The position numbers were made by a program, and so were the translations under genes. Positions 1 to 11,969 of a DNA stretch of 64,000 bases are shown here, one piece after another (the stretch's first letter is position 1; each line of letters opens with the position of its first letter). The stretch spans positions 61,380,001 through 61,444,000 of the forward strand of contig OX597823.1 of assembly GCA_951406725.2 (NCBI GenBank). Direction: 5' to 3'. The notes under the pieces are model-generated. The model saw nothing but the letters and a program-made list of their open reading frames with translations. It ran no database searches and had not been told where the DNA came from. The DNA is from Octopus vulgaris. Lineage: Eukaryota.

Positions 1-1045
1 AATATACATATATATATGTATAAATACATGTGTATATGTATGCATAGATTTGTATACATATATACACACACATACCTTTGTATACACATATACACACACA
101 CATATATATGTATGTGTGCACAGATTCACACAAACACTCACAGACACACACACACACTTGCATGTGTACACACAAACACACATGCACACACACACAAACA
201 GACACACATATACACTTTCATATATGCGTGTGTGTATGCATGTGTACACATGTTTGCATGTATGTACGCCTGTTTTCGGTATGTATGTATATTTATTCAT
301 TATGTGCATATTCATGTTGTCTTTTGAATTAATAATTATTCAATTTGAATGCGAACCAGTTAGCACCACTAAGATTTCAATTCAGATTCCTGTGCTGCCA
401 ATCCAGTGTGGAAGTGGTACAGTTTCCATGTCAAAGAAAATAAAAGCCAGCAATTATTCCTTCTTCATTTCCCTTATTATTACCTTTAAGGTGATGTGTT
501 CTAACTCACTTCACTACATGGCCATCACGACAAGAGACGAAGGAGAGCCACCAAGTGAACAGAGAAAGAGAAATAGAGAGAGAGAGAGAGGTGCTTTTAT
601 TCTTCTTCTACTCCAAGAATGCTATCAATCTAAAAAAGGCAATTATAGAAATTGCCTGGGGAGACATTTGCCGTTAACTTCTGCAAGACAAACTGAAGCA
701 TCAAGAAGAAAAAGTTTCATAAATATTCATATCATGTTACATATGTTGTCTCTCTATTCCAGATAGTCTGTGACCCTATAATAGTTGAATGCCGCAGCAA
801 ATCTCTGAAAACAACAAAAAGAAGAAAAAAAAGAACGAAGTGAAAATGCAAAGCAAAACAAAAAAATTACATACTTATATATATATATATATATATATAT
901 CAATATATATATATCTGCATCTTTATAAATGTATATATAAGTGTATTTGCATATATGTGTGTGTGTGTGTACATGTTTATATGCGCTCATGTGTGTACAT
1001 ATATGTATGAGTGTATATGTATATAAATATAAGTGTGTATGTGTA

Positions 1046-1090
<45 letters not shown>

Positions 1091-1345
1091 GTATACATGT
1101 ATGTACGTATGTATATGAATACCATATTTCTTAATGCACTCCATTTCCAAAGAGTACAGTAAAGATAATTTTTTTGTTCTTTTTTTAGTTTTTTCTTTAT
1201 CTTTTTTGTTTTTGTTTTATTTTATCCTTTTGGCAATTCTGATTTACTTTGTTAGAAATATCATTTAGAAACCAACATATTTTACAGTGATATCCACCAA
1301 AGAAATTACCGCCACAACCACTTTCACCATGCCATTGGTTATAAC

Positions 1346-1615
1346 TGAGATATGTTGGTCTTTAAAGATATTACTAATATAGCAAATATGTCAAATACTC
1401 TATTGATATTGTTTGCAAAATATGTTGAGTTATAAACGATATTTCTAATACAGAAATATATCACATGCTGTTGATACCACTGTGAAATGTGTTGGTCTAT
1501 AAAGGATGTTAATCACATAGAAATATATCAAATACCATAGGGACTCTTGTAGAATATGTTGGTCTATAAAAGATATCATTAACATATAACTATATCACAT
1601 ATCATTTTCAGCATG
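1346..1615. repeat. Degenerate ~67-70 bp minisatellite, 4 units
   Basis: TATGTTGGTCT-like anchors at 1351, 1421, 1488 and 1555, each followed by TAAA..GAT..AAATAT.TCA. Confidence 0.7.
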
Positions 1616-1639
1616 TATTACATACACAAATGCGTGCAT

Positions 1640-1689
<50 letters not shown>

Positions 1690-1935
1690 ACGCATACACA
1701 CACACATATATTCATGCGTGTGCACACACACACACACACACACACACACCCCTCATATAATTAAATCTGTATAAGAATATAAAAATGTATTACTGATCTT
1801 GCTTTAAAACAATTTTGAAATTAAGACCTCTTGGGTAAAACATATGGGGTCTAGTAATTGAAGAATGGTGATTGCAACCCTGTTGAGTCGAATTTGGCTT
1901 CTGGTTTGGAGTGCAGGCTTGGAGTAATGCCAAAA

Positions 1936-1966
<31 letters not shown>

Positions 1967-2093
1967 CATGTGTGTGTGTGTGCGTGTGTGTGTCTGTGTG
2001 TGAATGAGTATGTGCTTGTACATGTATTTGTATATTTGTGTCAACATATATACATATACATGCATATGTGTATGATTGTATGTGTGTGTATAA

Positions 2094-2130
<37 letters not shown>

Positions 2131-2779
2131 TATATATATACATCTATCTATATTTCTGTATACAGATGTGTATGTATGTATGTGCATATGTATATAAAAG
2201 TGTGTGTGTGTATATATACATATACATACATTTATATTTAAAGATATAGATATATACATTTGTATAAATATATATATATGTATATATATGCATATATATA
2301 TATGTGTGAGTGTGTGTATATATATATTTATATATATATATATATATATACGTACATATGTATATATGTATACACACAAACACACACACACATACACATA
2401 TATATATATATGTAAATGTACACATATATATGTGCATGCATGTGTATAATTAATTAAAGAATTAATTGACAATTAATTAATTTGTGTACTTATCGTGCAT
2501 TGTATATACTTCATTCTAAGTATTGATATACCACTGGGGAGAAATTAATCATTTATTGATGCAGAGTTAGCTGTGTGGTTAAGAAGCTTGTTTCACAATC
2601 ATATGGTTCGGGAGTTCAATTTGGGAGTACAGCAGGCATGCATCCTCTACTATGACTTTATCAGTGAAATTTGAGTGATGTTGCATAATGACTAAAGAGT
2701 GCAATCTCAAAATGGAGGTTCCTCCAAAGGATCTCTGGAAGAACATTACTCAGCAGGGTGGGTCATTTGAAGGTCAGGG

Positions 2780-3075
2780 AATCTTTCCAGGTGGAGCTAC
2801 TGTTCTCATTGAGAGATCACTGCTCTGGTATTATGGACATGTAATCAGAATGTCCCAGGAAACATTTGCAAAATGGATCCTTCATGGTGAGCTAAGCGAC
2901 AGATCTAGTGGTAGGCAGAGAATAAGATAGTTGGATAATATCCATAACATTATTAGTCAGTCAAGCATGGGAAATGGAAAGTCTAATTATGGTTCCTTCT
3001 GATAAGACCTTCTGAAGGAGATGCCTACCCCGCAATCCTTCAAGAAATAGTTGGTGTTAGAGAAGAAGGATGAAT
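2780..3075 (+). pseudogene. Degenerate RTE-clade LINE C-terminal fragment
   Basis: Translation LLWYYGHVIRMSQETFAKWILHGELSDRSSGRQRIR resembles the RTE C-terminal LRWxGHVxRM...GRxR motif. Confidence 0.65.
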
Positions 3076-3099
3076 AGAATTTGTACAAAAGTCGATTAC

Positions 3100-3495
3100 A
3101 GTGTGGTACTATGGGCAAGTGTCTTCTGCAATAGCCTCGGGCTGACCAAAGCCATGTGAGTGGACTTGGTAGATGGAAACTGAAAGAAGCCTACCCTATG
3201 CGTGTGTGTGTGTATGTGTGTGAGTGTACGTGTGTGTGTCTGTGTCTGTATGTGTGTATGTGTGTGCATGCATGTGTGTGTCTGTCTGTCTGCCTTGGTC
3301 CCTCACTACCACTTAACCAGTGTTGGTGTGTTTACACCCCTGTAACTTAGCTGTTTGGCAACAGCGACGGATAGGATAAGTACCAAGCTTGAGAAAAAGT
3401 ACTGGGGTCAATTTATTCAACTAAATATTTTTCAAAGCAGTGCCCCAGCATGGCCACAGTGTAATGACTGAAACAAGTAGATAATAAAAGATAAA
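3100..3495 (+). mobile_element. SINE family A copy (5'-truncated)
   Basis: Homologous to 4599-5015: GGGCAAGTGTCTTCT...GGAAACTGAAAGAAGCC...CCAGCATGGCC...ATGACTGAAACAAGTA. Confidence 0.85.
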
Positions 3496-3944
3496 CTATA
3501 GTTTTGTGTATATGTATGCATGATGTCTTTGAGACTTTGCTTTCACACTATTTGAGCAGTAACATTGATGTTGTGATGGTTTATATGATGGTTGCACATA
3601 AGGAAAAGAAGTGATGTAACTTCAAGATGGTTGGGAAATGAACACATGCAATAAGTAAGGGTTGGCACCAGGAAGAGCAATTGGCTGTTGTTGAATACTG
3701 CCTTGAAAAGTCTCCTCCAGCTCATGCCTGAATGAAAAAAAGCTGATTTAAAATCAAAGTTGATGATGATGATGATGAGGAGGAGGAGGAGGAGTAGGAG
3801 TAGGAGGTGCAGCATGATTACAATAACAACAAAGACAATGACAATGATGATGAGGGTGGCTGTGGTGGTGGTGTTGGTGGTGATGGTTGGCAGTGATAAT
3901 GGCAACTGCAACAAAAACAATAATAATAATCTTCGATAATGATC

Positions 3945-4157
3945 CTTTTGATTATAGGCACAAGGCCTGAAATATTGGGGAGGAGAGTTGTCGATTACAT
4001 CGACCCTAGTGTCTCACTGGTATTTAATTTATTGACTCCAAAAGGATGGAAGGCAAAGTCTACATCGAGAAAATTTGAGCTCAGTACCTACAGACAGACA
4101 AAATGCTGCGAAACATTTCACCTCCTGTGCTAATGATTCGACCAGCTTGCCACCTTA
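3945..4157 (-). mobile_element. SINE family B copy
   Basis: Reverse complement matches 35374-35601 (AAGGTGGCAAGCTGG...GACTTTGCCTTCCATCCTTTTGGAGTCAATAAATTAAATACCAG). Confidence 0.85.
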
Positions 4158-4598
4158 ATAATAATAATAATAATAATAGTAATAATAATAATAATAATAA
4201 TAATTATTTAACCTGTATTATCAATTAGAATAAAACAACTCAACAAGGACATCATTATTTGTTTACCAAACCTGCAAGAATTAACAACTAAAATCTTACT
4301 CAAAGACTACACCTTAAGATTTGATACAAAAAATAAAGAAAGAAAGAAAAAGGCACTTCTAATCAGTCTTTGGACAATATAGCATTAGATAAACTACATT
4401 TCAGAATTAGCTAGGATGGTTGTGACTGAAATGCTTTGATCATAAATCTGCTTCATTGTAAAGATAGGGGCTAAGCAACAACAACAACAACAAGACTTTG
4501 TACACTGTCAAAATTCAATAAACAATTACAGTTCCATATCATTCCACATTCTGATATTTAATAGAACAAATTTTAGGAATTGAATAAAGAAAACATGA

Positions 4599-5015
4599 CT
4601 CTTTTACTCTTTTACTTGTTTCAGTCATTTTGACTGTGGCCATGCTGGAGCTCCACCTTTAGTCGAGCAAATCGACCCCAGGACTTATTCTTTGGAAGCC
4701 TAGTACTTATTCTATCAGTCTCTTTTGCCAAACTGCTAAGTTACAGGGGCGTAAACACACCAGCATTGGTTGTCAAGCGATGTTGGGGGAACAAACACAG
4801 ATATACAAGCATATACACACACACACATATATATATATATACATATATACGACAGGCTTCTTTCAGTTTCCATCTGCCAAATCCACTCACAAGGCTTTGG
4901 TCGGCCTGAGTCTATAGTAGAAGACATTTGCCCAAGGTGCTACGCAGTGGGACTGAACCCAGAACCATGTGGTTGGTAAGCAAGCTACTTACCACACAGC
5001 CACTCTTAAGCCTAT
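4599..5015 (-). mobile_element. Full-length tRNA-derived SINE family A with 74-bp flanking duplication
   Basis: tRNA-like head (GTGGCTGTGTGGTAAG...GGGTTCAGTCCC), internal TA/TG tract, (AGTAAAAG)n tail; direct repeats at 4525-4598 and 5016-5089. Confidence 0.92.
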
Positions 5016-5534
5016 ATTACAATTCCATATCATTCCACATTCTGATATTTTATAGAACAAATTTTAGGAATTGAATAAAGAAAACATGAGGTAAACAATC
5101 AGATAAGTAATCATGTGAGACTGTTTACCTCGTGAGATGGTCCCAATATTATCTAGGATTCATGACAGGGATTAGATCTCAGATATATGCCAATGCCAAT
5201 GATGCAGAAGGTAGAGTGCATGGTGCTGTCAAGCACTGCTGCAAACAAAAGCTGGAATGAAATTGTTTTTCTTATTTTATGCATGTGTGTATGAAGTCTG
5301 TATCTGTGTATGAAGTCTGTATGTGTGCATGTGAATGTGTGTGTGTGTATTTATACATATGCATGCATATATATATTATGTATGTATATATAGATATGTG
5401 TATATTCTATACATACATGCACATATGTGTGAGTGTGTGTGCATGTGTGTATTGTATCTCACATGCACATATATATATTATCTATCTATCCCTCTATCTA
5501 CCTATCTACCTATCTATCTATCTATCTATATCTG

Positions 5535-5585
<51 letters not shown>

Positions 5586-6041
5586 GTCTATCTATCTATC
5601 TATTTATCTATCTACCTATCTATCTATCTGTCTGTCTGTCCGTCCATCCGTCCATCTGTCCGTCCGTCCGGCCGTCCATCCATCCATCCATCTATCTATC
5701 TCTGTATATATGTGTGTGTTCAGCATAAGAGACTGATAACATGTACCAGCTTTAAAAAAATAAATGCTGGAGCCAATTTGCTTGACTAAAACCTTCAAAT
5801 TGGTGCTCCACCATAGCCACAATACAACAGATACACACACACGCATTTATGATACTACTCCTGTTCCATATGTAGAGTAGAATTTCCTTCCATTTTTTTA
5901 TATTGATTTTTCAGTGTCAACCTAGTGTCCTTCTAGTGTATGCCTATTGTCTGTCTAGTCGCCATCATTTTCAATTACCAACTCTACCCCACATCTACAG
6001 ACATATTAAGGCTTCATTCATTTCGGAAAACCTTAAATCAC

Positions 6042-6092
<51 letters not shown>

Positions 6093-6096
6093 GTTA

Positions 6097-6138
<42 letters not shown>

Positions 6139-6139
<1 letters not shown>

Positions 6140-6358
6140 GGAAGGCAGTAAGTTGGCAGAATTGTTAACACCCTAGGCAAAATGTTTAGTGGCATTTCAT
6201 CCATCCTTACATTCTGAGTTCAAATTCCACCATAGTTGATTTGGTCTTCTATCCTTTCATGGTCGATGAAATAAGTAACAGTTACACACTGGGGGCGGTA
6301 TAATTGACTAGACCCCCCCCAAAATTTCAGGCCTTGTGCTTATAGTAGAAAGGATTAT
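6139..6358 (+). mobile_element. SINE family B copy next to (TTA)n
   Basis: GGCAGTAAGTTGGCAGAATTGTTA...GAGTTCAAATTCC B-box, family 3' end GGCCTTGTGCTTATAGTAGAAAGGAT. Confidence 0.85.
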
Positions 6359-6373
6359 AATTATTATTTTATT

Positions 6374-6719
6374 GTCTTTGCACAGCTTCTAATGCTGGAG
6401 TTGTACTATGGGGCCAGCTGTTCAATACCAGCGAACTAAGGTAACACCTCTTATTTTTTGAGCACTATCCGGAGTATTCAAGTGGTTCCAAGCTGCGCTG
6501 TTTTCTGCGAGTGCTCCACTCTTATTGTAGCCCCTCTTTGTTCCATGTATGTCTCAAGATTTTTACACACTGTTCCCAGGATTCTAACAATTATTGGTAC
6601 TATTACCACCTTTTTTCAGTGACCACAACTGCTTAACCCACCAAGCTAACCTGTCATATCTATCGACTTTTCTTTCTTCTTTATTGCATACTTTGTTATC
6701 AGCTGGACATGCTATATCT
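6374..6719 (-). pseudogene. R4/Dong-type LINE 3' fragment in (TAA)n
   Basis: IDIACPADNKVCNKEERKVDRY...LWSLKK...LGT: end of an RLE domain plus 3' UTR; similar to 6860-7205. Confidence 0.85.
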
Positions 6720-6762
6720 ATTATTATTATAATTATTATTATTATCATCATTATCATCATCA

Positions 6763-6823
<61 letters not shown>

Positions 6824-6859
6824 CATTATTATTATTACTACTTTTATTATTATTTCATT

Positions 6860-7706
6860 GTCTTTGCACAGCTTCTAATGTTGGAGATGTACTTTGGTGT
6901 CAGCTGCTCACTACCAGTAAACTAAGGTAACACCTCTTATTTTTCGAGCCCCATCCGGAGTATTTGAGCAGTTCCATGCAGTACTGTTTTCTGCAAGTAC
7001 TCCACCCTTATTGCAGCCCCTATTTGTGCCAAGTACTTCTCAAGATTTTTACTTACTGTTCCCAGGGCTCTAACAATTATTGGTACTATTACCACCTTTT
7101 TTCAGTGACCACAACTGCTTAACCCACCAAGCTAACCTGTCATTTCTATCATTCTTTCTTTCTTCCTTATTGCATACTTTGTTGACAGCTGGGCATGCTA
7201 TATCTATGATCTAGCATTGTTTGCTTTCTTTCTCAATTAACACTACGTCTGGTTTCTTATTCTCTATCTCATGGTCACACTGAATCATAAAATCTCATAG
7301 AATCTTTGCATTATCATTTTCAATGATGCCTTCAGGTTTATGTTCGTATCACTTGTTTGCTCTGTGAAGTTCATACCTGTTGCAAAGTGTCCAATGGACA
7401 ATCCTTGCTATATTGTCATGACATCTCTTATATTCTTTCTGGGCTAGTGGTATACATTGACTGGTAATATGGTTTCACCATTTTGTCCACAAATTCTGCA
7501 CTTATCACTTTCTGAAATGTTGTCTATTCTGTATTTGATGTAATTCATTCTTAGTGCTTACTCTTGGGCAGCACAGATTAGAGCCTCCATTTTCCATTTT
7601 AATTCACTTTTAGTCATCCATAGCCATTTTTTTTTCTCTGTCTGTCTTATCTTCAGCATCCCTACAAAATTGTCCATGCATCCATGCATTCTTTTCTTTA
7701 TTCCCC
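6860..7706 (-). pseudogene. R4/Dong-type LINE 3' fragment with stops and frameshifts
   Basis: MHGQF..., ALICAAQE*AL, CRICG zinc knuckle, HDNIARIVHWTLC, KPDVVL...IIDIACP; flanked by (TAA)n. Confidence 0.9.
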
Positions 7707-7746
<40 letters not shown>

Positions 7747-7749
<3 letters not shown>

Positions 7750-10213
7750 TAGTTTTATTTTTATAGCGTGCTTTCACTTCATTACCGAGCGCAGCTCTGT
7801 GTGCCTTGGGTATGTGCTGTGATTTGTTGTGATGCTCTGATGGTTATTGTATGGAAAGTGTTCTGCGTAGGATGTGTGCAGTGCCTAGTAGTGCAATTTT
7901 CTGTATGTTATATGTGTTTGTAAGTCCTGGTGTTTTTGTTATGTATTTGTCTGAATATTTTTTTATCATGCCTAATGCACCTACAATGATAGGAATTGTT
8001 TCTGTTTTCAGATTCCACATTCTAGTTACCTCTATTTCCAGGTCTTTGTATTTTGAGAGTTTCTCCATTTCTTTTAGAGACACGTTGTCATCTGCCGGTA
8101 TTGATACATCAATTAGAAAGCATTTTTTTTCTTCATGATCTCTGACAACTATATCTGGTCTGTTGGCCTTAATTTCTCTATCTGTGTGTATCGGCATATC
8201 CCAGAGTATGGTTGCTTTCTCGTTTTCTGTGACCTTTTCTGGTGTGTGCCTATACCATCTTTTTTCTGTTGTTATTCCATAATGTTGGCATAGCTTCCAA
8301 TGTATGTAGGTTCCAACTCTGTCATGTCTGTGAATATATTCCTTCTTAGCCAGGACTGGGCAGCTAGAGATAATATGATTTATTGTTTCTTGTCCATCTC
8401 CACATATTCTGCAGTTACTTGTAATATTTCTTTTCATTACATGTTTTTGGTAATTTCTGGTGGGGAGGCTTTGGTCTTGTGCTGCAATTAAAAATCCCTC
8501 TGTTTCTGCTTTGAGTCCTGAGCTTCTCAACCATTGCTGGGATTTTTCTTTGTCTATTTCTTTTGTGTTTAGTTTAGTCCAGTATTTACCATGAAGGGGC
8601 TTTTCTTGCCATCGTTTTATCATGGTTCGTTGCTGTTCTATTTTTAGTTTGGATTTCATTTGTTTTATAGCTTTTGTTGTTTCTTCATCTTCTTCTTCTT
8701 CTTCATGTTTATTAGGTGGTATGATTTCTTGTTTGTATTTGTCAGCTTCCTTAAATACTGAGAACAGTTTTTTGTTTTGCTCGTGTTTTGCTGCTATCTG
8801 GATCAGTTTTCCTTCCTTCGGAAGTAGATATTTTTGCAGTCCTATGGTGGTTATTTTATAGTAGTTTTCCAGCTGTATAAGGCTTCTACCACCTTCTATA
8901 CGTTGTATATATAGTCTTTCTATGTCAGATTTTGGGTGATGCATCCTAGATCCTGTCATTATTTTTCTTGTTTTCCTATCTATTTTGGTCAGTTCATTTC
9001 GTGTCCAGTTAAGGATATTGTAGCTGTAACTTATAACTGGGACAGCTAAAGTGTTGATACCTATTATCTTGTTTTTAGCATTGAGCTCTGTGTTTAGTAT
9101 TGATCTAACTCGTCTATAATATTCTTTTTTTATTTTCTCTTTCATTTGTGTGTGTTGTATCTTATCTAGTTCATGGATTCCTAAGTATTTGTAAGTTTGG
9201 CTTTGGTCTAATTCTTTTATTTCATTGGTTTTATCTAGTGTGATGTTGTTACTCTTAACTAGTTTTCCTCTTTTCATGGTTACTTTGGCGCATTTTTCTA
9301 ATCCAAATTTCATATCTATTTCTTTGGTAAATCCATGAACTGTCTTTAATAGTGTTTCCAGCTGTTTGTCATTTGCAGCGTATAGTTTTAGGTCATCCAT
9401 ATATAAAAGGTGGCTGATCGTTTGGCCGTAACATTTATATCCGCATCCAGTTCTATTTAGCATATCAGATAGAGGTGACAGTGCCAAGCAGAAAAGGAGT
9501 GGAGAGAGCGTGTCTCCCTGGAATATTCCTCTTCTAATGGGGATGTCTTTGGTTTTCATGAGTCCCTCTTTTGTTTGGAGGTGTAGGACTGTTTGCCATT
9601 TATTCATAGAGTGCTCTATGAATTTTATGATTGTTGGTGCTACTTTGTTAATAGCTAGTGTTTCGAGGATCCATGTGCGGGGGATGCTATCAAACGCCTT
9701 TTTGTAGTCAATCCAGGCCATACTGAGGCCTTTCTTCTTTATGTGGCTGTCTTCAGTTATGGCTTTATTAATCATTAGTTGATCTTTACAGCCATATGAG
9801 CCTTTGCGGCATCCTTTCTGCTCTTCTGGGAACAGTTTGTTTTCGTCCAGGTGCTTGTTCAGCCTTTGTGATATCACTGCAGTAAATGCCTTGAACATAG
9901 TAGGGAGGCAGGTTATTGGTCTGTAGTTTTCTGGTTTTTTTGTTTCATTTGATTTGGGAATTAAGATGGTTTTCCCCTTCGTGAGCCATTCAGGCATTAT
10001 CTCTGGCTCTGCTAGTATGTTGTTAAAGTTTTCAGCCAGCTTTTTGTGCATTCCTGTTAGATATTTCAACCAGAAGTTGGGGATCTTGTCATGCCCAGGT
10101 TCCTTCCAGTTGGTTAGTCTTTGCAGTGCCTGGGTGACCTCTTCAGTTGTTATGGGGGTCCAAAGTTGTTCAGATGCCGAGTTTGTTATTTTGATACTCC
10201 TTTTTTTTGGTGG
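7747..10213 (-). mobile_element. 5'-truncated R4/Dong-clade non-LTR retrotransposon inserted in a (TAA)n microsatellite
   Basis: RT + CCHC + RLE ORF, ~97-bp 3' UTR (7747-7843) running into AATAATAAT; TAA tracts on both sides. Confidence 0.93.
7844..10069 (-). CDS. Reverse transcriptase with CCHC knuckle and PD-(D/E)xK restriction-like endonuclease; frame stays open to ~10213, no native start
   Basis: NYRPITCL, IDYKKAFDSI, GIFQGDTLSPLLF, LLYMDD, YKYLG, CRICGDGQETINHIISSC, RHD, RPDIVV...LIDVSIP...K; upstream in-frame NWKEPGHDKIPNFWLK. Confidence 0.95.
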   Translation of the reverse strand: MKYLTGMHKKLAENFNNILAEPEIMPEWLTKGKTILIPKSNETKKPENYRPITCLPTMFKAFTAVISQRLNKHLDENKLFPEEQKGCRKGSYGCKDQLMINKAITEDSHIKKKGLSMAWIDYKKAFDSIPRTWILETLAINKVAPTIIKFIEHSMNKWQTVLHLQTKEGLMKTKDIPIRRGIFQGDTLSPLLFCLALSPLSDMLNRTGCGYKCYGQTISHLLYMDDLKLYAANDKQLETLLKTVHGFTKEIDMKFGLEKCAKVTMKRGKLVKSNNITLDKTNEIKELDQSQTYKYLGIHELDKIQHTQMKEKIKKEYYRRVRSILNTELNAKNKIIGINTLAVPVISYSYNILNWTRNELTKIDRKTRKIMTGSRMHHPKSDIERLYIQRIEGGRSLIQLENYYKITTIGLQKYLLPKEGKLIQIAAKHEQNKKLFSVFKEADKYKQEIIPPNKHEEEEEDEETTKAIKQMKSKLKIEQQRTMIKRWQEKPLHGKYWTKLNTKEIDKEKSQQWLRSSGLKAETEGFLIAAQDQSLPTRNYQKHVMKRNITSNCRICGDGQETINHIISSCPVLAKKEYIHRHDRVGTYIHWKLCQHYGITTEKRWYRHTPEKVTENEKATILWDMPIHTDREIKANRPDIVVRDHEEKKCFLIDVSIPADDNVSLKEMEKLSKYKDLEIEVTRMWNLKTETIPIIVGALGMIKKYSDKYITKTPGLTNTYNIQKIALLGTAHILRRTLSIQ

Positions 10214-10232
10214 TTATTATCATTATTATTAA

Positions 10233-10274
<42 letters not shown>

Positions 10275-10526
10275 CATCATCATCATTATTATTGTGTTCA
10301 AATTCTGCCAAGGTCCACATTGCCTTTCAGCCTTTTGAAGTCGATAAAATGAGTACCAATTGAGCACTGGGAGTCAATGTAATTAACTTACTCCTCCTCT
10401 GAAATTACTGGCCTTGAGACTAAATTTGAAACCATTTTTTATCATCATCATCATCATCATCATCCTCGTCATCATCGTCATTATTATTGTAATCATTTTT
10501 GTTGTTGTTATTATCATAATTATTAA

Positions 10527-10758
10527 AGGTAGCAAGCCAGCAGAATCAGCAGCAAGCCAGCAGAATCAGCAGCATGCCAAGCAAATGCTTAGTGGCATTT
10601 CATTTAACTTTATGTTTCTTGTTCAAATTCCTCTCAGGTCAACTTTGCCTTTCATCCTTTCAGGGTCATGAAATTAAGTACCAGTGAAACACTGGGATCA
10701 ATGTAACTGACTAGTCCCCTTACCAAAAATGTCAGGCCTTGTGCCTATAATAGAAAGG

Positions 10759-10760
<2 letters not shown>
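10527..10760 (+). mobile_element. SINE family B copy
   Basis: GTTCAAATTCC...TCAACTTTGCCTTTCATCCTTTCAGGGTCATGAAATTAAGTACCAG...GGCCTTGTGCCTATAATAGAAAGG. Confidence 0.85.
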
Positions 10761-10816
<56 letters not shown>

Positions 10817-10826
10817 TATTATTATT

Positions 10827-11382
10827 GAGTGAGAGAGCAGTGCATGCCATCAAAGTGACACTGGGGTAAAATATACGAAGCCCAGTATACCCATCATGAC
10901 TATCTGTCTGATAAGGGTACATCAGGCACATGCATTGCAACCATATGTGCGCAACATGGTGATCTCATATCAAGATAAACAGTGCATGACTTTGCAGATT
11001 GGGCCCAATTAGAATTTTCTTCAGGTCGAGTAGCCCATCCCACTTAAAAGGTCTCTGAATAAGAGTTGTTTAAAGATGTTGAACAAAACACCCATGTTTC
11101 CAAAGGTGAATTATCCAAACCCCAAAGAATTCCTCTCAACAAGTGTCTATGATGCTCTCCCTGACTACTTCTGCCCATGATCAGAGATACACATATCGTC
11201 AGCCACTAAGGGACATGCTCAACTAGTTAAGGTCAAACAACTGACAAGCAAATCTGTGATATTAAGCAGAATATTTGCTGTAGCCCATCTTTTATACCAA
11301 GACATCACAATGTACATGATTACACTTCCAATCAGTTAAGATCAGAAGCCATGAGAGCCACTGCCTGGTACTGCATCAGAGC

Positions 11383-11384
<2 letters not shown>
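10827..11384. mobile_element. Putative non-coding insertion in (TAA)n
   Basis: ~560 bp of complex sequence with sharp (TTA)n borders on both sides; no convincing ORF; single copy in this window. Confidence 0.55.
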
Positions 11385-11425
<41 letters not shown>

Positions 11426-11916
11426 GTCATTTACTTTTAATCTGCATGTTTGATGCAATCACTTGCCGGGGCACACCCAGCACCCTAGGGAAAGTGAAGG
11501 TTAAGAGTTGTTGAAATATAGCTGAAAGCTTGGGGAGGGGAAGTAGAGAAATATCTCCATGTAATACAAACACAAACATTTACATTGATAGGGTTTTTCT
11601 AAGGATGTGGGCAGTACTTGTTAGCACAATCTTTTGGATTTCCTTGAGACATAGTTCTCCAGGGATATTGTCTAGGTGTTTCTGACATCCCTTTTTTATC
11701 ATACCTAGGGCACCTACAATAACAGGAACAGTTTTTGTTTTAAGATTCCACATCTTTTGTATTTCGATTTCCAGGTCCTTATATTTACTAAGTTTGTCAA
11801 ATTCCTTTACAGATACATTTTTATCAGTGGGGACGCTTACCTCTATTAGTCTGCAGGTATTTTCTTCCCTGTCTTTAACAATTATGTCTGGTCAATTAGC
11901 CTTGATCGTTCTGTCA

Positions 11917-11917
<1 letters not shown>
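11426..11917 (-). pseudogene. R4/Dong-type LINE 3' fragment (third subfamily) in (TAA)n
   Basis: TDRTIKAN*PDIIVKD...IEVSVP...KLSKYKDLEIEIQKMWNLKTKTVPVIVGALGMIKK...TAHILRKTLSM*, close to the C-terminus of the 7844 ORF. Confidence 0.92.

Positions 11918-11969
<52 letters not shown>

Noticed and set aside
16-766. ORFs of 103-238 aa, and the many [12 protein letters not shown]/poly-I ORFs across the window
   Set aside because: They are translations of dinucleotide and trinucleotide repeats that lack stops, with no domain motifs.
7844-10069. Host gene or telomerase
   Set aside because: It is intronless and 5'-truncated with a CCHC+RLE tail, and decayed paralogues lie nearby, so it is a retrotransposon.
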